DNA of 64,000 nt from Gemmatimonadaceae bacterium (GCA_036393095.1 DASVWS010000116.1:4793-68792), one strand, 5' to 3'; numbered from the stretch's first letter, positions 40,768 to 53,566 are shown. Notes: generated by a model not told the origin, from the letters alone. Numbers and translations: made by a program.

Positions 40768-42225
40768 CTATCGCGGCGGCTGCGAGGCGTCGGTGACGGA
40801 AATCTCCGCCGGCTGCTTGTAGCTGCTCAACCGGTGCTCGCACCAGGCGCGCACCTGGTCGACGGTCGCGGCGCCGCGCACCTCCAGCGCGATGTCGTGC
40901 TCGCGCGCCGGTTGGGGAACGGGCCGCACGACGACGTCGTCCACGCCGGCCAGCTCCATGACTGCGCGACGGATCTCCGCGGGGTAGATGTTGAACCCGT
41001 TGCGCGTGAACATCGGCTTGAGCACGCCATCGAAGACGACCGTGCCGTCGGCGTTCATTGTGCCGCCGTCGCCGGTGTAGAGCCACCGGTCGCGGACGGC
41101 GAGGCCGCCGGAGGCTCCGCCCAGATAGCCGCGGAACACGTTGTCGCCGCGCACGCAGATTTCACCCGGCGCGCCGCGCGCAAGTTCGGCGGTGAGCGCG
41201 CCGTTCCCGGCGAGCGGTGCGCGCACGGTCACCTCCACGCCGGGGAAGGGCACGCCCAACGTGCCCCGTGCGTTCGGCCGGTCCACGCGGTTGAAGAGGC
41301 ACACCGGCGCGGCCTCGGTGAGCCCGTAGCCCTGGCGCAGCTCCACGCCGGTCGCGTCGAACCACCGGTCCTGCAGCTCGCGCCCCAGCGGCGCGCCCCC
41401 ACAGATGCACAGCCGGAGCGCGCCGATGCCGCCTCCCCGCCGTTCGATCGCGGCGAGCAGCGAGTGGAAGACCGCCGGCACTCCCACCAACTCGGTAATC
41501 GTGCCGCCCGCGAGCAGCTCGGCGGCGCGCGGCGGGGCGTAGCGGTCCATGGTCGTGACGCGGGCGCCGGCGAAGAGCGGGGCCATGGCGGTGACCGTGA
41601 GGCCGAACAGGTGGGAGAAGGGCAGCAGGGCGAGCACGTGGTCGTCGGCAGTGTTGGCGGCCGCTTCCACGGTGCTCCGCGCATTGGCGATCAGGTTCCG
41701 GTGCGAGAGCACGGCGGCGAGCGGGCGCCCGGCCATGGCCGAGGTGAAGACCACGGCCGCCTCTTCGTCGCGGCCCGGCACGTCGCGCTCGCCCTCGATG
41801 GCGAGCCCGTGGTGATTGCCCAGATCGACGTCGCGGGTGGCGCCGGCGTCCACGTAGCGCGCCGAATGCGGTGCGTCGTCGAGCAGCACGAGGGGGAGGT
41901 CGCCGGCGACGCGGGCGGCGAGGGGCGTCACCGTGAACACGGCGCCGACATCGGCCTCGCGCAGCTGGGCGGCGATCTCGAGTGGCGACGCGAGCGGGTT
42001 GACGAGCACGGCGCCGCGCCCGTCGCTCGCCGCCAGCGCGGTGAGGAACGCCGGCGAGGCGGGGAGCAGGATCGCCGAGCGGCGTCCGCTGAGCGCGCGA
42101 ACCAGCGGGGCGCAGCGCTGCAGCAGCGTCACTCCCGCGGCCACGAGCTGCTGTGCTTCGAAGTCGCCCAAGCGCCCGCCGCCGGCGGCCGCAGCGAGAG
42201 GGAGCAGCGCGAGCGGATCGCTCAC
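40768..42225 (-). CDS. AMP-dependent synthetase/ligase-like protein with degenerate P-loop
   Basis: GYGLTEAAPV and YTGDGG motifs are present. The canonical TSGTTGxPKG motif reads FTSAMAGRPLAA. The protein ends shortly after SSYKQPAEISV, before the usual terminal GK. Confidence 0.65.
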   Translation of the reverse strand: MSDPLALLPLAAAAGGGRLGDFEAQQLVAAGVTLLQRCAPLVRALSGRRSAILLPASPAFLTALAASDGRGAVLVNPLASPLEIAAQLREADVGAVFTVTPLAARVAGDLPLVLLDDAPHSARYVDAGATRDVDLGNHHGLAIEGERDVPGRDEEAAVVFTSAMAGRPLAAVLSHRNLIANARSTVEAAANTADDHVLALLPFSHLFGLTVTAMAPLFAGARVTTMDRYAPPRAAELLAGGTITELVGVPAVFHSLLAAIERRGGGIGALRLCICGGAPLGRELQDRWFDATGVELRQGYGLTEAAPVCLFNRVDRPNARGTLGVPFPGVEVTVRAPLAGNGALTAELARGAPGEICVRGDNVFRGYLGGASGGLAVRDRWLYTGDGGTMNADGTVVFDGVLKPMFTRNGFNIYPAEIRRAVMELAGVDDVVVRPVPQPAREHDIALEVRGAATVDQVRAWCEHRLSSYKQPAEISVTDASQPPR

Positions 42226-42229
42226 GACG

Positions 42230-44047
42230 CTAGAGGTTGAAGCGCGCCATCGATTGCCGCAGGCGTTCGGCGATGGACGCGAGGTGCTGGCTGGACTGCA
42301 CGACGGCGCCCATGGACTCGGTCTGCTGTTCCACGACGCCGCTCATCTCCTGCGCCGTGCCCGCGTTCTGCTCGGCAGCCAGTGCCAGTTCTTCGATCTC
42401 CCGCGCCAGCGCGGCGGCGTCGTCGCGCTGGGCTTCCGCGGACGCGACGATCAGATCCACGGCGCGGCGGCTCGCCTCGATCTCCTGGCCGATCTGCGTG
42501 AGGGCGCCGGACGAGGCGCGGATGACGCCCTCCCCGACGGCGACGCGGTCGGTGACCTGCGCGATCTGCTCCTCCGTGCGGATGGCGACGCCGCGGATCT
42601 CGGCGGCCAGCGTGCGGATGTTGTCGAGGGCGGCCGCGGTCTGGCTGGCGAGCTTGCGCACCTCGTCGGCGACGACGGCGAAGCCCTTGCCGTGCTCGCC
42701 GGCGCGCGCCGCTTCGATGGCCGCATTGAGCGCGAGCAGGTTCGTCTGCTTGGCGATCGCGGCGATGGTTTCGGTGATCTTGCCGATGCGCTGCGATTTC
42801 TCGCCGAGCTCGACGACGGCCGGCACGGCGTCGCGGGTCACCGCGGCGATCGCGCTCATGCTTTCCAGCGCCTGGCCGGCGGCCGCGACGCCCCGCGTGG
42901 CCGAACGGGCCACCACGTCGGAGGCGTTCTGCGCGTTGCGTGCGTGGCCGGCGACGGTGAAGGCGCGGTCGGCCACGCGCGTGGAGCCGGCGGTGGCGGA
43001 CTTGACGTTGCGGGTCTGCGCGACGGTGGCTTCGGCGATGGCGCGCGCCGCGCCCGAGACGAGCTCGGTGCCCGCGGTCATCTCTTCGGCGCTCGCGGCG
43101 AGCTGCTCGGCGGTGGCGGCCACCTCGCTCGCCCCGCTGTCGAGCTGGAGGAGCAGGTTGCGCAGCCCCACCGTCATCTGGCGCACGGACTCGGCCATGG
43201 CCCCGATCTCGTCGGACGCGGCGTAGTCGAGGGGATGCCGCAGCTGGCCGGTGGCGATGGCGTCGGTGTGCTGCGTGACCTCGGCCAGCCCGCGCGTCAG
43301 GCGCGCCGCGCCCCAGTAGGCGAGGCCGAGCGCGAGCAGCAACGCGACGAGCGGGAAGGGCGCCGACCGGAGCAGCTGCCAGCGCAGGTCGCTCAGGAAC
43401 TGGTCGGCGGTGAGCGTGGCGACGATGAATCCGGCGTTCGTGCCGTCGTCGCGGCGCACCGGTACTTCGGCGGAGAGCACCGAGCCCTGATCGGCGGCGT
43501 ACACGCCGGTGTAGGCCTCGTGTCCCACCGCCATGCTGTCGACGAGGCCGGGCGGCGAGATCCAGGGGAGGCGGTATTGCGGCTGGCCCGGCTGCCACGA
43601 CGAATGCACGAGCACGCGCCAGCGGCCGAGGCTGTCGACGCGCACGATCTGCATGCCGTTGAGCAGGTCGCTCTGGCTGGCGCCGTTGGCGAGCCACGCG
43701 TGGAGCAGCGCGGCGCGCGTCTCGCGGAAGGCCGGTGTGTCCTGTCCCCGCCTGGCGATCGCGTCCAGCGAGTCCGCGGATACGATGAGCGTGGCGCTCC
43801 GGGCAATGCCGAGCAGCCGGTCGCCGTGCACCTTGGCGAGCTGATGCCGGGTGCTGAGGTAGACCGGCGGCATGATGACCGCCAGCGTCAGCACGACGGC
43901 CGCGGCACTGATGGCGGCCATCTTGAGGCGAAACGGGAAGCGGATCGCGCCGCGTGTTTCGAGCGGCTCAGTCAGGGGGCCGTCCTCCAGAGCAGGCGGC
44001 GAAAAGTTAGGGCGGGCTGCAGAGGGTGTAAAGCGCTGGCGCGGCAC
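42230..44047 (-). CDS. Methyl-accepting chemotaxis protein (periplasmic sensor, HAMP, MA domain)
   Basis: Highly conserved signalling hairpin [37 protein letters not shown]. Two TM segments flank a ~190-aa periplasmic region. Confidence 0.85.
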   Translation of the reverse strand: MPRQRFTPSAARPNFSPPALEDGPLTEPLETRGAIRFPFRLKMAAISAAAVVLTLAVIMPPVYLSTRHQLAKVHGDRLLGIARSATLIVSADSLDAIARRGQDTPAFRETRAALLHAWLANGASQSDLLNGMQIVRVDSLGRWRVLVHSSWQPGQPQYRLPWISPPGLVDSMAVGHEAYTGVYAADQGSVLSAEVPVRRDDGTNAGFIVATLTADQFLSDLRWQLLRSAPFPLVALLLALGLAYWGAARLTRGLAEVTQHTDAIATGQLRHPLDYAASDEIGAMAESVRQMTVGLRNLLLQLDSGASEVAATAEQLAASAEEMTAGTELVSGAARAIAEATVAQTRNVKSATAGSTRVADRAFTVAGHARNAQNASDVVARSATRGVAAAGQALESMSAIAAVTRDAVPAVVELGEKSQRIGKITETIAAIAKQTNLLALNAAIEAARAGEHGKGFAVVADEVRKLASQTAAALDNIRTLAAEIRGVAIRTEEQIAQVTDRVAVGEGVIRASSGALTQIGQEIEASRRAVDLIVASAEAQRDDAAALAREIEELALAAEQNAGTAQEMSGVVEQQTESMGAVVQSSQHLASIAERLRQSMARFNL

Positions 44048-44103
44048 GTGCTTTGCGCACCCGACCCGGGAAACTAGCTTAGGTTTTTCCTCAAGGAGGA
44101 CGC

Positions 44104-45477
44104 ATGGCCCACGACGGGCTGATGGTGAGTGTGTCGGGGATCCGTGGACGGGTGGGCGAGGCGCTCACGCCGGACGTGGTGGCGCGCTACGCCGCGGCGT
44201 TCGGCGCCTGGGCGGTGTCGGCCGGCGCTTCGCGAACCGTGGTGCTCGGCCGTGACAGCCGGGTGTCGGGGCCGATGTTCCACCGCATCGCGATGGGCGC
44301 CCTGCAGTCGGTCGGGTGCACGGTGATGGACATCGGACTGACGACGACGCCGACCTGCCAGCTGGCGGTGGAGCATCACCACGCGGCGGGCGGGCTGATG
44401 CTCTCGGCCAGCCACAATCCCATCGAGTGGAATGCGCTCAAATTCATCGGACCGAGCGGGCTGTTTCTCGAGGCAGCGGAAGGCGCCGCGATGCGGGCGC
44501 TCGTCGAGTCGGGCGTGCCGTATGTGACCTGGGACACGTTGGGCGTGGTCGAGCGCGACGAGCGTGCGGTTCCGCGACACATCGAATGCGTCCTTTCGCT
44601 CCCATTTGTGGACGTCGATGCCCTGAAACGGCGCCGGTTCAAAGTGGCCCTGGATTGCTGCCGCGGCGCGGGTTCGGTGATCATGCCGGCGCTGCTCGAC
44701 CGGCTCGGGTGCGTCGTGAGCACGATCAACGCGGAACCCGACGGACGTTTCCCGAGATCGCCGGAACCGGTGGCGGAGAACCTGGGCGAACTGGAACGCT
44801 TTGTGCAGGATACCGGGGCGGACGTGGGGTTCGCGGTGGATCCCGACGTGGACCGGTTGGCGATCGTCTCGAACGACGGGCGCGCGATCGGCGAGGACTA
44901 CACGCTGGCGCTGGCCACGCGCCTGGTGCTGCGGCACCGGCAGGGGCCGGTCGTGACGAACCTGTCGACCAGCCGTGTAGTAGAGGATGCGGCGGTGGCG
45001 GGCGGATCCACGCTGGTGCGGGCGCCGGTGGGTGAAGTGAACGTGGCGGTGAAGATGCGCGAGATCGGCGCGGTGGTGGGGGGTGAGGGGAACGGGGGCG
45101 TGATTCTGCCGGAGGTGCATCTCGGGCGGGACGCGCCGGTGGGCGCGGCGCTGGTATTGCAGCTGATGCTGGAAGAGGCGCGTCCGCTGGCGGGGATCGT
45201 CAACGAGCTGCCGCGGTACGCGATCGTGAAGGACAAGCTGGACCGGCCGAACGCGAGTCTCGAGACGGTGTACGGCGCGCTGTGCGCGGCGTTCCCCGAT
45301 GCCGAGGCCGACATGCAGGACGGGTTGCGGTTGGGATGGAAGGACCGGTGGGTGCACGTGCGCCCGTCGGGGACGGAGCCGATCGTGCGGGTGATTGCCG
45401 AAGCGCCGACGGAAGCGGAGGCGCGGGATCTCGTACGACAGGCGCGGGCGCCGGTGGACGCGCTCGTTGGCCAATAA
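44104..45477 (+). CDS. glmM: Phosphoglucosamine mutase-like alpha-D-phosphohexomutase
   Basis: Active-site [10 protein letters not shown] and the Mg loop FAVDPDVDR. Immediately upstream of glmS. Confidence 0.75.
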   Translation: MAHDGLMVSVSGIRGRVGEALTPDVVARYAAAFGAWAVSAGASRTVVLGRDSRVSGPMFHRIAMGALQSVGCTVMDIGLTTTPTCQLAVEHHHAAGGLMLSASHNPIEWNALKFIGPSGLFLEAAEGAAMRALVESGVPYVTWDTLGVVERDERAVPRHIECVLSLPFVDVDALKRRRFKVALDCCRGAGSVIMPALLDRLGCVVSTINAEPDGRFPRSPEPVAENLGELERFVQDTGADVGFAVDPDVDRLAIVSNDGRAIGEDYTLALATRLVLRHRQGPVVTNLSTSRVVEDAAVAGGSTLVRAPVGEVNVAVKMREIGAVVGGEGNGGVILPEVHLGRDAPVGAALVLQLMLEEARPLAGIVNELPRYAIVKDKLDRPNASLETVYGALCAAFPDAEADMQDGLRLGWKDRWVHVRPSGTEPIVRVIAEAPTEAEARDLVRQARAPVDALVGQ

Positions 45478-45492
45478 CGAGGACGAACTCGT

Positions 45493-47319
<1,827 letters not shown>

Positions 47320-47509
47320 GGGGCGCCCGGCGCCCCTTCAACCCCTGCCGGGCCGGACGCGCCTCCTCGGACCGCCGCTAACCGCGCCGCGGTCCCACGC
47401 ATATCTTAGGCTTCGCCGAACCCCCCGGCATCGCCCGCTGCGGTTCCCCATCCCACCGCGCGGCCCGCCACGCTCCCGGCGGGCGCCGCGCCACAGCATC
47501 CCGATCCAC

Positions 47510-50500
47510 ATGAGACACGGCTTCACGCAGGCCTTCATCGTCGCCGCGGCCGCCCTCGGCCTCGCCACGTCCTCGCTCGCCGCTCAGCAGTCCGTGCTCG
47601 AGACGCGCGACCCGCACCAGCAGCAGGATCCGGCGTTCGCCGCGTTCTACAAGGCGTGGACGCACCACGGGAGTCCGCTCGTCGATCACCTGCCGATCGT
47701 GGCCGGCATCCCCACGCCGAAGCAGTTCCTGGGCTACTACATCGGTGCGCCCAAGAAGCTCACCTACTACGATCGGATCGTCGCCTACTACCGTGCGCTC
47801 GCCAGGGCGACGCCGCGCGTGCAGGTCGAAACCATCGGCCGCTCCGACGAGGGGCGCGAGCTGGTCGTCGTCTGGGTGTCGTCCGAGGAGAACATGAAGC
47901 ACCTGGCCGAGAACCGCGCGAACCTGGCGAAGATCGCCGATCCGCGCGGGCTCTCCGAGGCCGAGGTGCACGAGCTGATCGCGAAGACGAAGCCGGACTA
48001 CCACCTCATGGGCGGGCTCCACTCGGGCGAAACGGGCCCATCGGAAATGCTCATGGAGCTGGTCTACCGCCTGGCCACCGAGACGTCGCCGCTCATCGAC
48101 AGGATCCGGGACAATATCTACGTGTCGGTGACGCCGGCCGCCGAGCCCGACGGGCGCGACCGCAACGTGGACTGGTTCTATCACGGTCTGGATATGCAGG
48201 CGGAGTACGGCGCCGCCGATTCCGCGGCCCGCGCCGACAGCCTCCGCGCCGACAGCGCCGCGCACCAGGGCCGCGAAGGCCGCGAGGGTCGCGGTGGGCG
48301 TGGCGGGCGCGGGGGGCGCGGGGGGCCGGGCGCGGCGCCGCCGCCGTTCGGCGGACGGTTCGGCGGGCTGGCCGGCCCGCTCCCGTACTGGGGCAAGTAC
48401 GTCTACCACGACAACAACCGCGACATCAACCTCTCGCAGGTCGAGATGCGCGCCATCACCGACTGGTACTTCACGGCGCACCCGCCGATCCTGCACGACC
48501 TGCACGAGGCCGAGGCGCTGATGTACATCTACAGCGGCGGCCCGCCGCAGAATCCGAATCTGGACCCGATCCTGTTCACCGAGCTGCCGTTCTTCGCCAA
48601 CTACCAGCTCGAGCAGACCACGAAGTACGGCATGCCGGGCGTGTACACGCACGCGTTCATGGATGGCTGGTCGCCCGGGTACCTGGGGTCGGTGGTGTAC
48701 AATCACAACGGCATGATGGAGATGTACGAGACCGAATCGGGGCACGACATCCCGGCGGACTCGATGGCCGACAGCATCGCGAACGCGAAGCCGCCGGCGC
48801 GCGGCGAGGGATTCGGCCGGGGCGCCGGGCCGGCCAGCCCCGGGGGACGCGGCGGTCGAGGCGCGGAAGCGCCTGCCGGCCCCGGCGGCTTCGGGCGCGG
48901 GGAGAGTCTTCCCACCGGCGCCGGCGCCGGCCAGCCGCGCGAGTGGTATCGCGGGCTTCCCGTGCCGGCCAACGGCGTGGCCACCTTCACGCGGCGCGAC
49001 AACACCAACTACATGGAGACGGGCGTGCTGTCGGCGCTCCAGCTCACGTCGATGTTCCCGCAGATGGTGCTCGAAGATTTCTACGTGATGACCAAGCACT
49101 CCCTCGACGGGGGGAGCGAGCAGGCGCCGTACGGCTACGTGATTCCGAAGGCCCCGGACATGACCAAGCCGGCCACGCTGGTCAACGTCCTGCGCGCGCA
49201 GCACATCGAGGTCGGCGTGCTGCAGCGGCAGACGGTGGTGGGCACCGATACCTTCCCCGCCGGATCGTACGTGGTGAAGCTCGACCAGCCGTACGGGCGG
49301 CTCGCGAAGAACCTGCTCGAGAAGCAGATCTTCCCCGACCCGCGGCTCACCACGTACGACGACAGCGGCTGGTCGATGGGCTGGGCGTTCGACGTCCCGG
49401 TGAAGGAGATCGAGGACAAGTCGATTCTCGACGCGCCGGTGACGCCGGTAACGGACGCCGTGGTGCGCGGGACGGTGGCCGGCAGCGGATCCGCCGGACT
49501 CGCCGTGGCCCATTACGGTTCCAACAACATGATCGCCTTCCGGTACCTGCTGAAGCAGGTCCCGATGCGCGTGGCGGACTCGGCGTTCGCGGCCGGCGGG
49601 GTGCGCTTTCCCGCGGGTTCGTTCATCGTCACCGGCTCGGCGGCCCAGCTGGCCGCGGCGCGGCGGATGGTGGATTCGCTCGGCCTCACCGCGGCGGCAC
49701 TGGCAGCGCTGCCGGGCGTGCCGTCGCACGATGCCAACGTGCCCCGGGTCGCGATCTACTCCCAGTGGAGCGGCACGCAGGACCTGGGGTGGTACCGGTT
49801 CACGTTCGACCGATTCCACATTCCATATGACCTGATCTTCAAGGAGCGGCTGGAGCGGGGGAACCTGAAGCAGGACTACGACGTCATCCTCATGGCGGCG
49901 CAGAACGTCAATCGCGCGGCGGTGTTCGCGCCGAAGGCGAAGCACCCGCAGCCCTACGAACGGAGCGCCAAGTACCGGTACCTGGGCATGTACGGCTCCA
50001 CGCCCGACATGAGCGGGGGATTCGGGCAGGCCGGGGTGGACGCGATCGATGCGTTCCTCGACGCCGGCGGCACGCTCATCACCGCCGCCCAGGCGGTGAG
50101 CTACCCCATCGACTTCGGCCTCGCGCGGTCATTCGAGGCGCAGAACCCGGCGGGCGTGGTGGCGCAGAAGCCGCTCGTGATGGCCAGGATCACCCGCACC
50201 GACAGCCCGATCTTCTACGGCTACCCGTCCGATACGATCCCCATAAAGTTCAACCAGGGCGCGCAGGTGTTCCACGTGGGGCCCGCCGACTCGAGCCGCG
50301 TGCTCGCCGAGTACGTGGGCGGCGACTCGGCGGTGCTGAGCGGGCTGATGACCGGAGCCGACCACCTGAAGGATCAGCCGTTCGTGGTGGACATTCCGAA
50401 CGCACACGACGGCCGCGGCCGGGTGATCATGTTCGCCAACAACCCGATCTACCGGTGGCAGAACCACGGGGAGTTCAACATGGTGTTCAACGCGATCATC

Positions 50501-50551
50501 AACTGGGACGATCCCACGCCGCCCGGGCGCGCGGCGCCGGCGGGACGGTAG
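47510..50551 (+). CDS. Large secreted M14-like zinc carboxypeptidase-domain protein with RGG-rich inserts
   Basis: Signal peptide MRHGFTQAFIVAAAALGLATSSLAAQQ. HxxE zinc motif in GGLHSGETG and a downstream HDNNRD. 1013 aa, with two low-complexity Gly/Arg inserts. Confidence 0.6.
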   Translation: MRHGFTQAFIVAAAALGLATSSLAAQQSVLETRDPHQQQDPAFAAFYKAWTHHGSPLVDHLPIVAGIPTPKQFLGYYIGAPKKLTYYDRIVAYYRALARATPRVQVETIGRSDEGRELVVVWVSSEENMKHLAENRANLAKIADPRGLSEAEVHELIAKTKPDYHLMGGLHSGETGPSEMLMELVYRLATETSPLIDRIRDNIYVSVTPAAEPDGRDRNVDWFYHGLDMQAEYGAADSAARADSLRADSAAHQGREGREGRGGRGGRGGRGGPGAAPPPFGGRFGGLAGPLPYWGKYVYHDNNRDINLSQVEMRAITDWYFTAHPPILHDLHEAEALMYIYSGGPPQNPNLDPILFTELPFFANYQLEQTTKYGMPGVYTHAFMDGWSPGYLGSVVYNHNGMMEMYETESGHDIPADSMADSIANAKPPARGEGFGRGAGPASPGGRGGRGAEAPAGPGGFGRGESLPTGAGAGQPREWYRGLPVPANGVATFTRRDNTNYMETGVLSALQLTSMFPQMVLEDFYVMTKHSLDGGSEQAPYGYVIPKAPDMTKPATLVNVLRAQHIEVGVLQRQTVVGTDTFPAGSYVVKLDQPYGRLAKNLLEKQIFPDPRLTTYDDSGWSMGWAFDVPVKEIEDKSILDAPVTPVTDAVVRGTVAGSGSAGLAVAHYGSNNMIAFRYLLKQVPMRVADSAFAAGGVRFPAGSFIVTGSAAQLAAARRMVDSLGLTAAALAALPGVPSHDANVPRVAIYSQWSGTQDLGWYRFTFDRFHIPYDLIFKERLERGNLKQDYDVILMAAQNVNRAAVFAPKAKHPQPYERSAKYRYLGMYGSTPDMSGGFGQAGVDAIDAFLDAGGTLITAAQAVSYPIDFGLARSFEAQNPAGVVAQKPLVMARITRTDSPIFYGYPSDTIPIKFNQGAQVFHVGPADSSRVLAEYVGGDSAVLSGLMTGADHLKDQPFVVDIPNAHDGRGRVIMFANNPIYRWQNHGEFNMVFNAIINWDDPTPPGRAAPAGR

Positions 50552-50567
50552 GCGCCGCCGGCAGGCA

Positions 50568-50595
50568 GCGGGCCGGCCGCGTGTGGCCGGCCCGC
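50568..50595. terminator. Hairpin between convergent M14-like and histidine kinase genes
   Basis: GCGGGCCGGCC-gcgtgt-GGCCGGCCCGC is a perfect 11-bp stem with no clear U tract. Confidence 0.45.
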
Positions 50596-50596
50596 G

Positions 50597-53437
50597 TCAG
50601 CCCAGGCGCCGCCGCGCCAGCTCCAGCAGCCGGTTCAGTCGATACGGCTTCTGGAGGAAGTTCTCGCCGTCGACCAGCGGCGGGTCGCACCCCGCGATCT
50701 CGGCGCTGTAGCCGCTCGTGAACAGCACCTTGAGGCCGGGCTCGTCGGCCTGCAGGCGCTGCGCGAGATCACGGCCGCTCACCCCGCCCGGCATGACGAG
50801 GTCGGTCATCAGCAGTCCGATCTCGCGGCGGTGCTGCTCCCACACTTCCAGCGCGCGGACGCCGTTCGCGGCCTGAAGGACGGTGTAGCCCGCGCGCTCG
50901 AACGCCGTGCGCGTGAGGTCGCGAACCATCGACTCGTCCTCGACGAGCAGGATGGTTTCCGTGCCGCCGCGGGGTTCGGTTTCTGCCGCCGCGGCGGCCG
51001 CCGCGGCGTCGGCCGCCTCCATGATCGGGAAGAGGATCCGGAAGGTGGTGCCCTCGCCGACGCGGCTGGCCGCGGTGACGGCGCCGCCGTGCTGCTTCAC
51101 GATGCCGAACACGGTGGCGAGGCCGAGCCCGGTGCCGCGTCCCGGTTCCTTGGTGGTGAAGAAGGGTTCGAAGATGCGGGGGAGCACGTCGGGCGCGATG
51201 CCGCGCCCCGTATCGGCCACCGTGAGCCGCGCGTAGCGGCCCGGCGAGAGCGCCGGGCCGGGGTCCGCGCCATCCGGCGCCACCGTCTCGACGCCCGTCT
51301 CGATGCGGAGGCGCCCGCCGCCGGCCATCGCATCGCGCGCGTTCACGACGAGGTTCAGCAGCACCTGTTCGAGCATGCCGGGGTCTGCCCAGACGTCGAG
51401 GGGCGTCCGGTGCAGGGCCAGCTGCACCGACACGTCCTCGCCGACGATCCGGCGCAGCATGCTCACGAGATTGCTCACGGTCTCGTTGAGGTCGAGACGG
51501 CGCGGCTGCAGCACCTGATGCTGGCTGAACGCGAGCAGCTGGCGCGTGAGCGCCGCCGCCCGGTCGGCCGACGACCGGATCTCGCCGATGGCATGGCGGA
51601 CGTCGGCGGGCAGGTCGTCGCGCGCCGCGGCGAGATCCGTTTCCAGGATGACGGCGGCGAGGATGTTGTTGAAGTCGTGGGCGATGCCGCCGGCCAGCTG
51701 CCCCACGGCCTCCATCTTCTGCGACTGGCGGAGCTGCGCTTCCAGATTGCGCTGCTCGGTGATGTCGCGCGCCGTGCCGACGATGCGGTAGACGACGCCG
51801 TCGGCGTCGCGGAGGGGAAGCCCGCGGTCGTGCACCCAGCGGACGGCGCCGTCCGGCCGCCGGATGCGATATGTGATGTTGTATTCGCCGCGCGTCGCGA
51901 AGGCGGCGAATTCGCGCAGGACGCGCTCCCGGTCCTCGGGCACGATGCTGTCGCGCCAGTGGTTCGGATTGTGATAGGCTTCGTTGCTGCTCAGGCCCCA
52001 GACCTGCTCGAAGGCGCGGTTGACGTACAGCACGCGGTTGGCCACGGGGTCGAGGATCCAGAAGACCTCATCGATGTGCTCGGCGAGCTCGCGGAAGCGC
52101 TGCTCGCTGTCGCGCAGCGCGTCCACGGCGCGCCGCCGCTCCGCCTCCCGGCGGTCGAGCTCGAGCGCGAATCCGATGTCGAGGGCGAGCTTGTCGAGCA
52201 GCGCCATCTCCTCCTCGCCGAATACGCCGAGCTCGTCGGCGTAGAGGTTGAAGACGCCGACGACGCGTCCGTCGACCTTGAGCGGGAACGATCCCGACGA
52301 CCGGTACCCGCGGCGGAGGGCTTCGGCGGCCCACGGCCGGAACGCCGGGTCGTGCGCGATGTCGGCGCAGATGCGATGCTCGCCGGAGAAGATGGCCTGG
52401 GCCGACGGCCCGGAGCTCCGGACGTCGTCGCGCAGGTCGATGTTCACGAAATCGAGATATCCGTCGACGAATCCGGCGGAGGCGGCCGGCCGCAGGAGGG
52501 GGGCGTCGTCCTCGAGCATGCCGATCCACGCCATGCGGAAGTCGCCCCGCTCGACGGCGATCCGGCAGACCGCGTCCAGCATCGCCTGCGCGTCGCGCTC
52601 GCGGACGATCATCTGATTCGTGTCGCTGAGCACCGCGTACACGCGATTGAGGTAGCGGACGCGCAGCTCGGCGGCGCGCCGCTCGCTCACGTCCTGAATG
52701 ATGGAGCAGAGCGAATCGAAGGAACCGTCGGGCCGTCGAATCACCCGGGCCGCCAGGCTGGCCCACACGACGCTGCCGTCCTTGCGGATGAACCGCTTGT
52801 CGAGCGTGTAGGAATCGATCTCGCCGGCCAGCACGCGCTCGAGCGACGCGATGTTGAACGCCACGTCGTCGGGGTGCGTGACGGCGGTCCAGGGCAGTTG
52901 CAGCAACTCCTCGCGGGAGTAGCCCAGCATCTCGCACAGCCGGTCGTTGACCTCGATCCATTCCCGCTTCGCCGACGAGACGGCGATGCCGGCGAGCGGC
53001 AGCTCGAAATAGCTGCGGAACCGCGCCTCGGACGCGGCCAGCGCCTGCCCGGCGCGGCGGCGTTCGGTGATGTCGCGGGCGATCGTCGACTCGCCGATGA
53101 CGCGGCCGTCCGCGTCGGTGAGGGGGGCGATCGTGATCTCGACCGGGATGACGGCGCCGTCCTTGCGGCGCCGCATGACCTCCAGGCGGCGAACCGGCCC
53201 GGCGCCCGGACCGTCGCGAACCGGCGCCGCATGTTCGCGGCGTGATTCCGGCGGGTCGAGCGTGGCGGCCGGCCGGCCGATCATCTCGGCGGCGGAGTAC
53301 CCGAACAGGGCTTCGGCGCCGGCGTTCCACGAAATCACCGACCCGTCGAGGTCGGCGGCATAGATCGCGTCTCCGGCCGACCGCACGATGGCCGCGTGGA
53401 GCGCTTCGGTCGCCTCGATGGAGGGGGGCTGATCCAT
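50597..53437 (-). CDS. Hybrid sensor histidine kinase (PAS-PAS-GAF-PAS-HisKA-HATPase-REC)
   Basis: H-box GGIAHDFNNIL, HATPase G-boxes (DTGRGI, GTGLGLA) and a C-terminal receiver (ILLVEDE...LLMTDLVMPG). Multiple PAS-like repeats (SERRRAE, ITERRRA linkers) and no TM segment. Confidence 0.85.
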   Translation of the reverse strand: MDQPPSIEATEALHAAIVRSAGDAIYAADLDGSVISWNAGAEALFGYSAAEMIGRPAATLDPPESRREHAAPVRDGPGAGPVRRLEVMRRRKDGAVIPVEITIAPLTDADGRVIGESTIARDITERRRAGQALAASEARFRSYFELPLAGIAVSSAKREWIEVNDRLCEMLGYSREELLQLPWTAVTHPDDVAFNIASLERVLAGEIDSYTLDKRFIRKDGSVVWASLAARVIRRPDGSFDSLCSIIQDVSERRAAELRVRYLNRVYAVLSDTNQMIVRERDAQAMLDAVCRIAVERGDFRMAWIGMLEDDAPLLRPAASAGFVDGYLDFVNIDLRDDVRSSGPSAQAIFSGEHRICADIAHDPAFRPWAAEALRRGYRSSGSFPLKVDGRVVGVFNLYADELGVFGEEEMALLDKLALDIGFALELDRREAERRRAVDALRDSEQRFRELAEHIDEVFWILDPVANRVLYVNRAFEQVWGLSSNEAYHNPNHWRDSIVPEDRERVLREFAAFATRGEYNITYRIRRPDGAVRWVHDRGLPLRDADGVVYRIVGTARDITEQRNLEAQLRQSQKMEAVGQLAGGIAHDFNNILAAVILETDLAAARDDLPADVRHAIGEIRSSADRAAALTRQLLAFSQHQVLQPRRLDLNETVSNLVSMLRRIVGEDVSVQLALHRTPLDVWADPGMLEQVLLNLVVNARDAMAGGGRLRIETGVETVAPDGADPGPALSPGRYARLTVADTGRGIAPDVLPRIFEPFFTTKEPGRGTGLGLATVFGIVKQHGGAVTAASRVGEGTTFRILFPIMEAADAAAAAAAAETEPRGGTETILLVEDESMVRDLTRTAFERAGYTVLQAANGVRALEVWEQHRREIGLLMTDLVMPGGVSGRDLAQRLQADEPGLKVLFTSGYSAEIAGCDPPLVDGENFLQKPYRLNRLLELARRRLG

Positions 53438-53566
53438 GCGATGGTCCGAGACTCGATGGGAGACGTTGCGCTGGTGGCGGCGCGCCTACGTGAGGATTGC
53501 CGAGGGCCGCGGGGAACGCCGCCCGCTCACCGCGGACGGACCGGACCCGCAATATAGCATCGACGG

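Noticed and set aside
45478-45492. Possible glmS ribozyme upstream of glmS
   Set aside because: Only 15 nt separate glmM and glmS, which leaves no room for the ribozyme.
47378-49945. 855-aa ORF antisense to the M14-like gene, and the similar antisense ORFs 50831..53245 and 53816..56167
   Set aside because: No motifs. Each mirrors a motif-supported gene on the other strand. The long open frames are explained by stop-codon depletion at ~70% GC.
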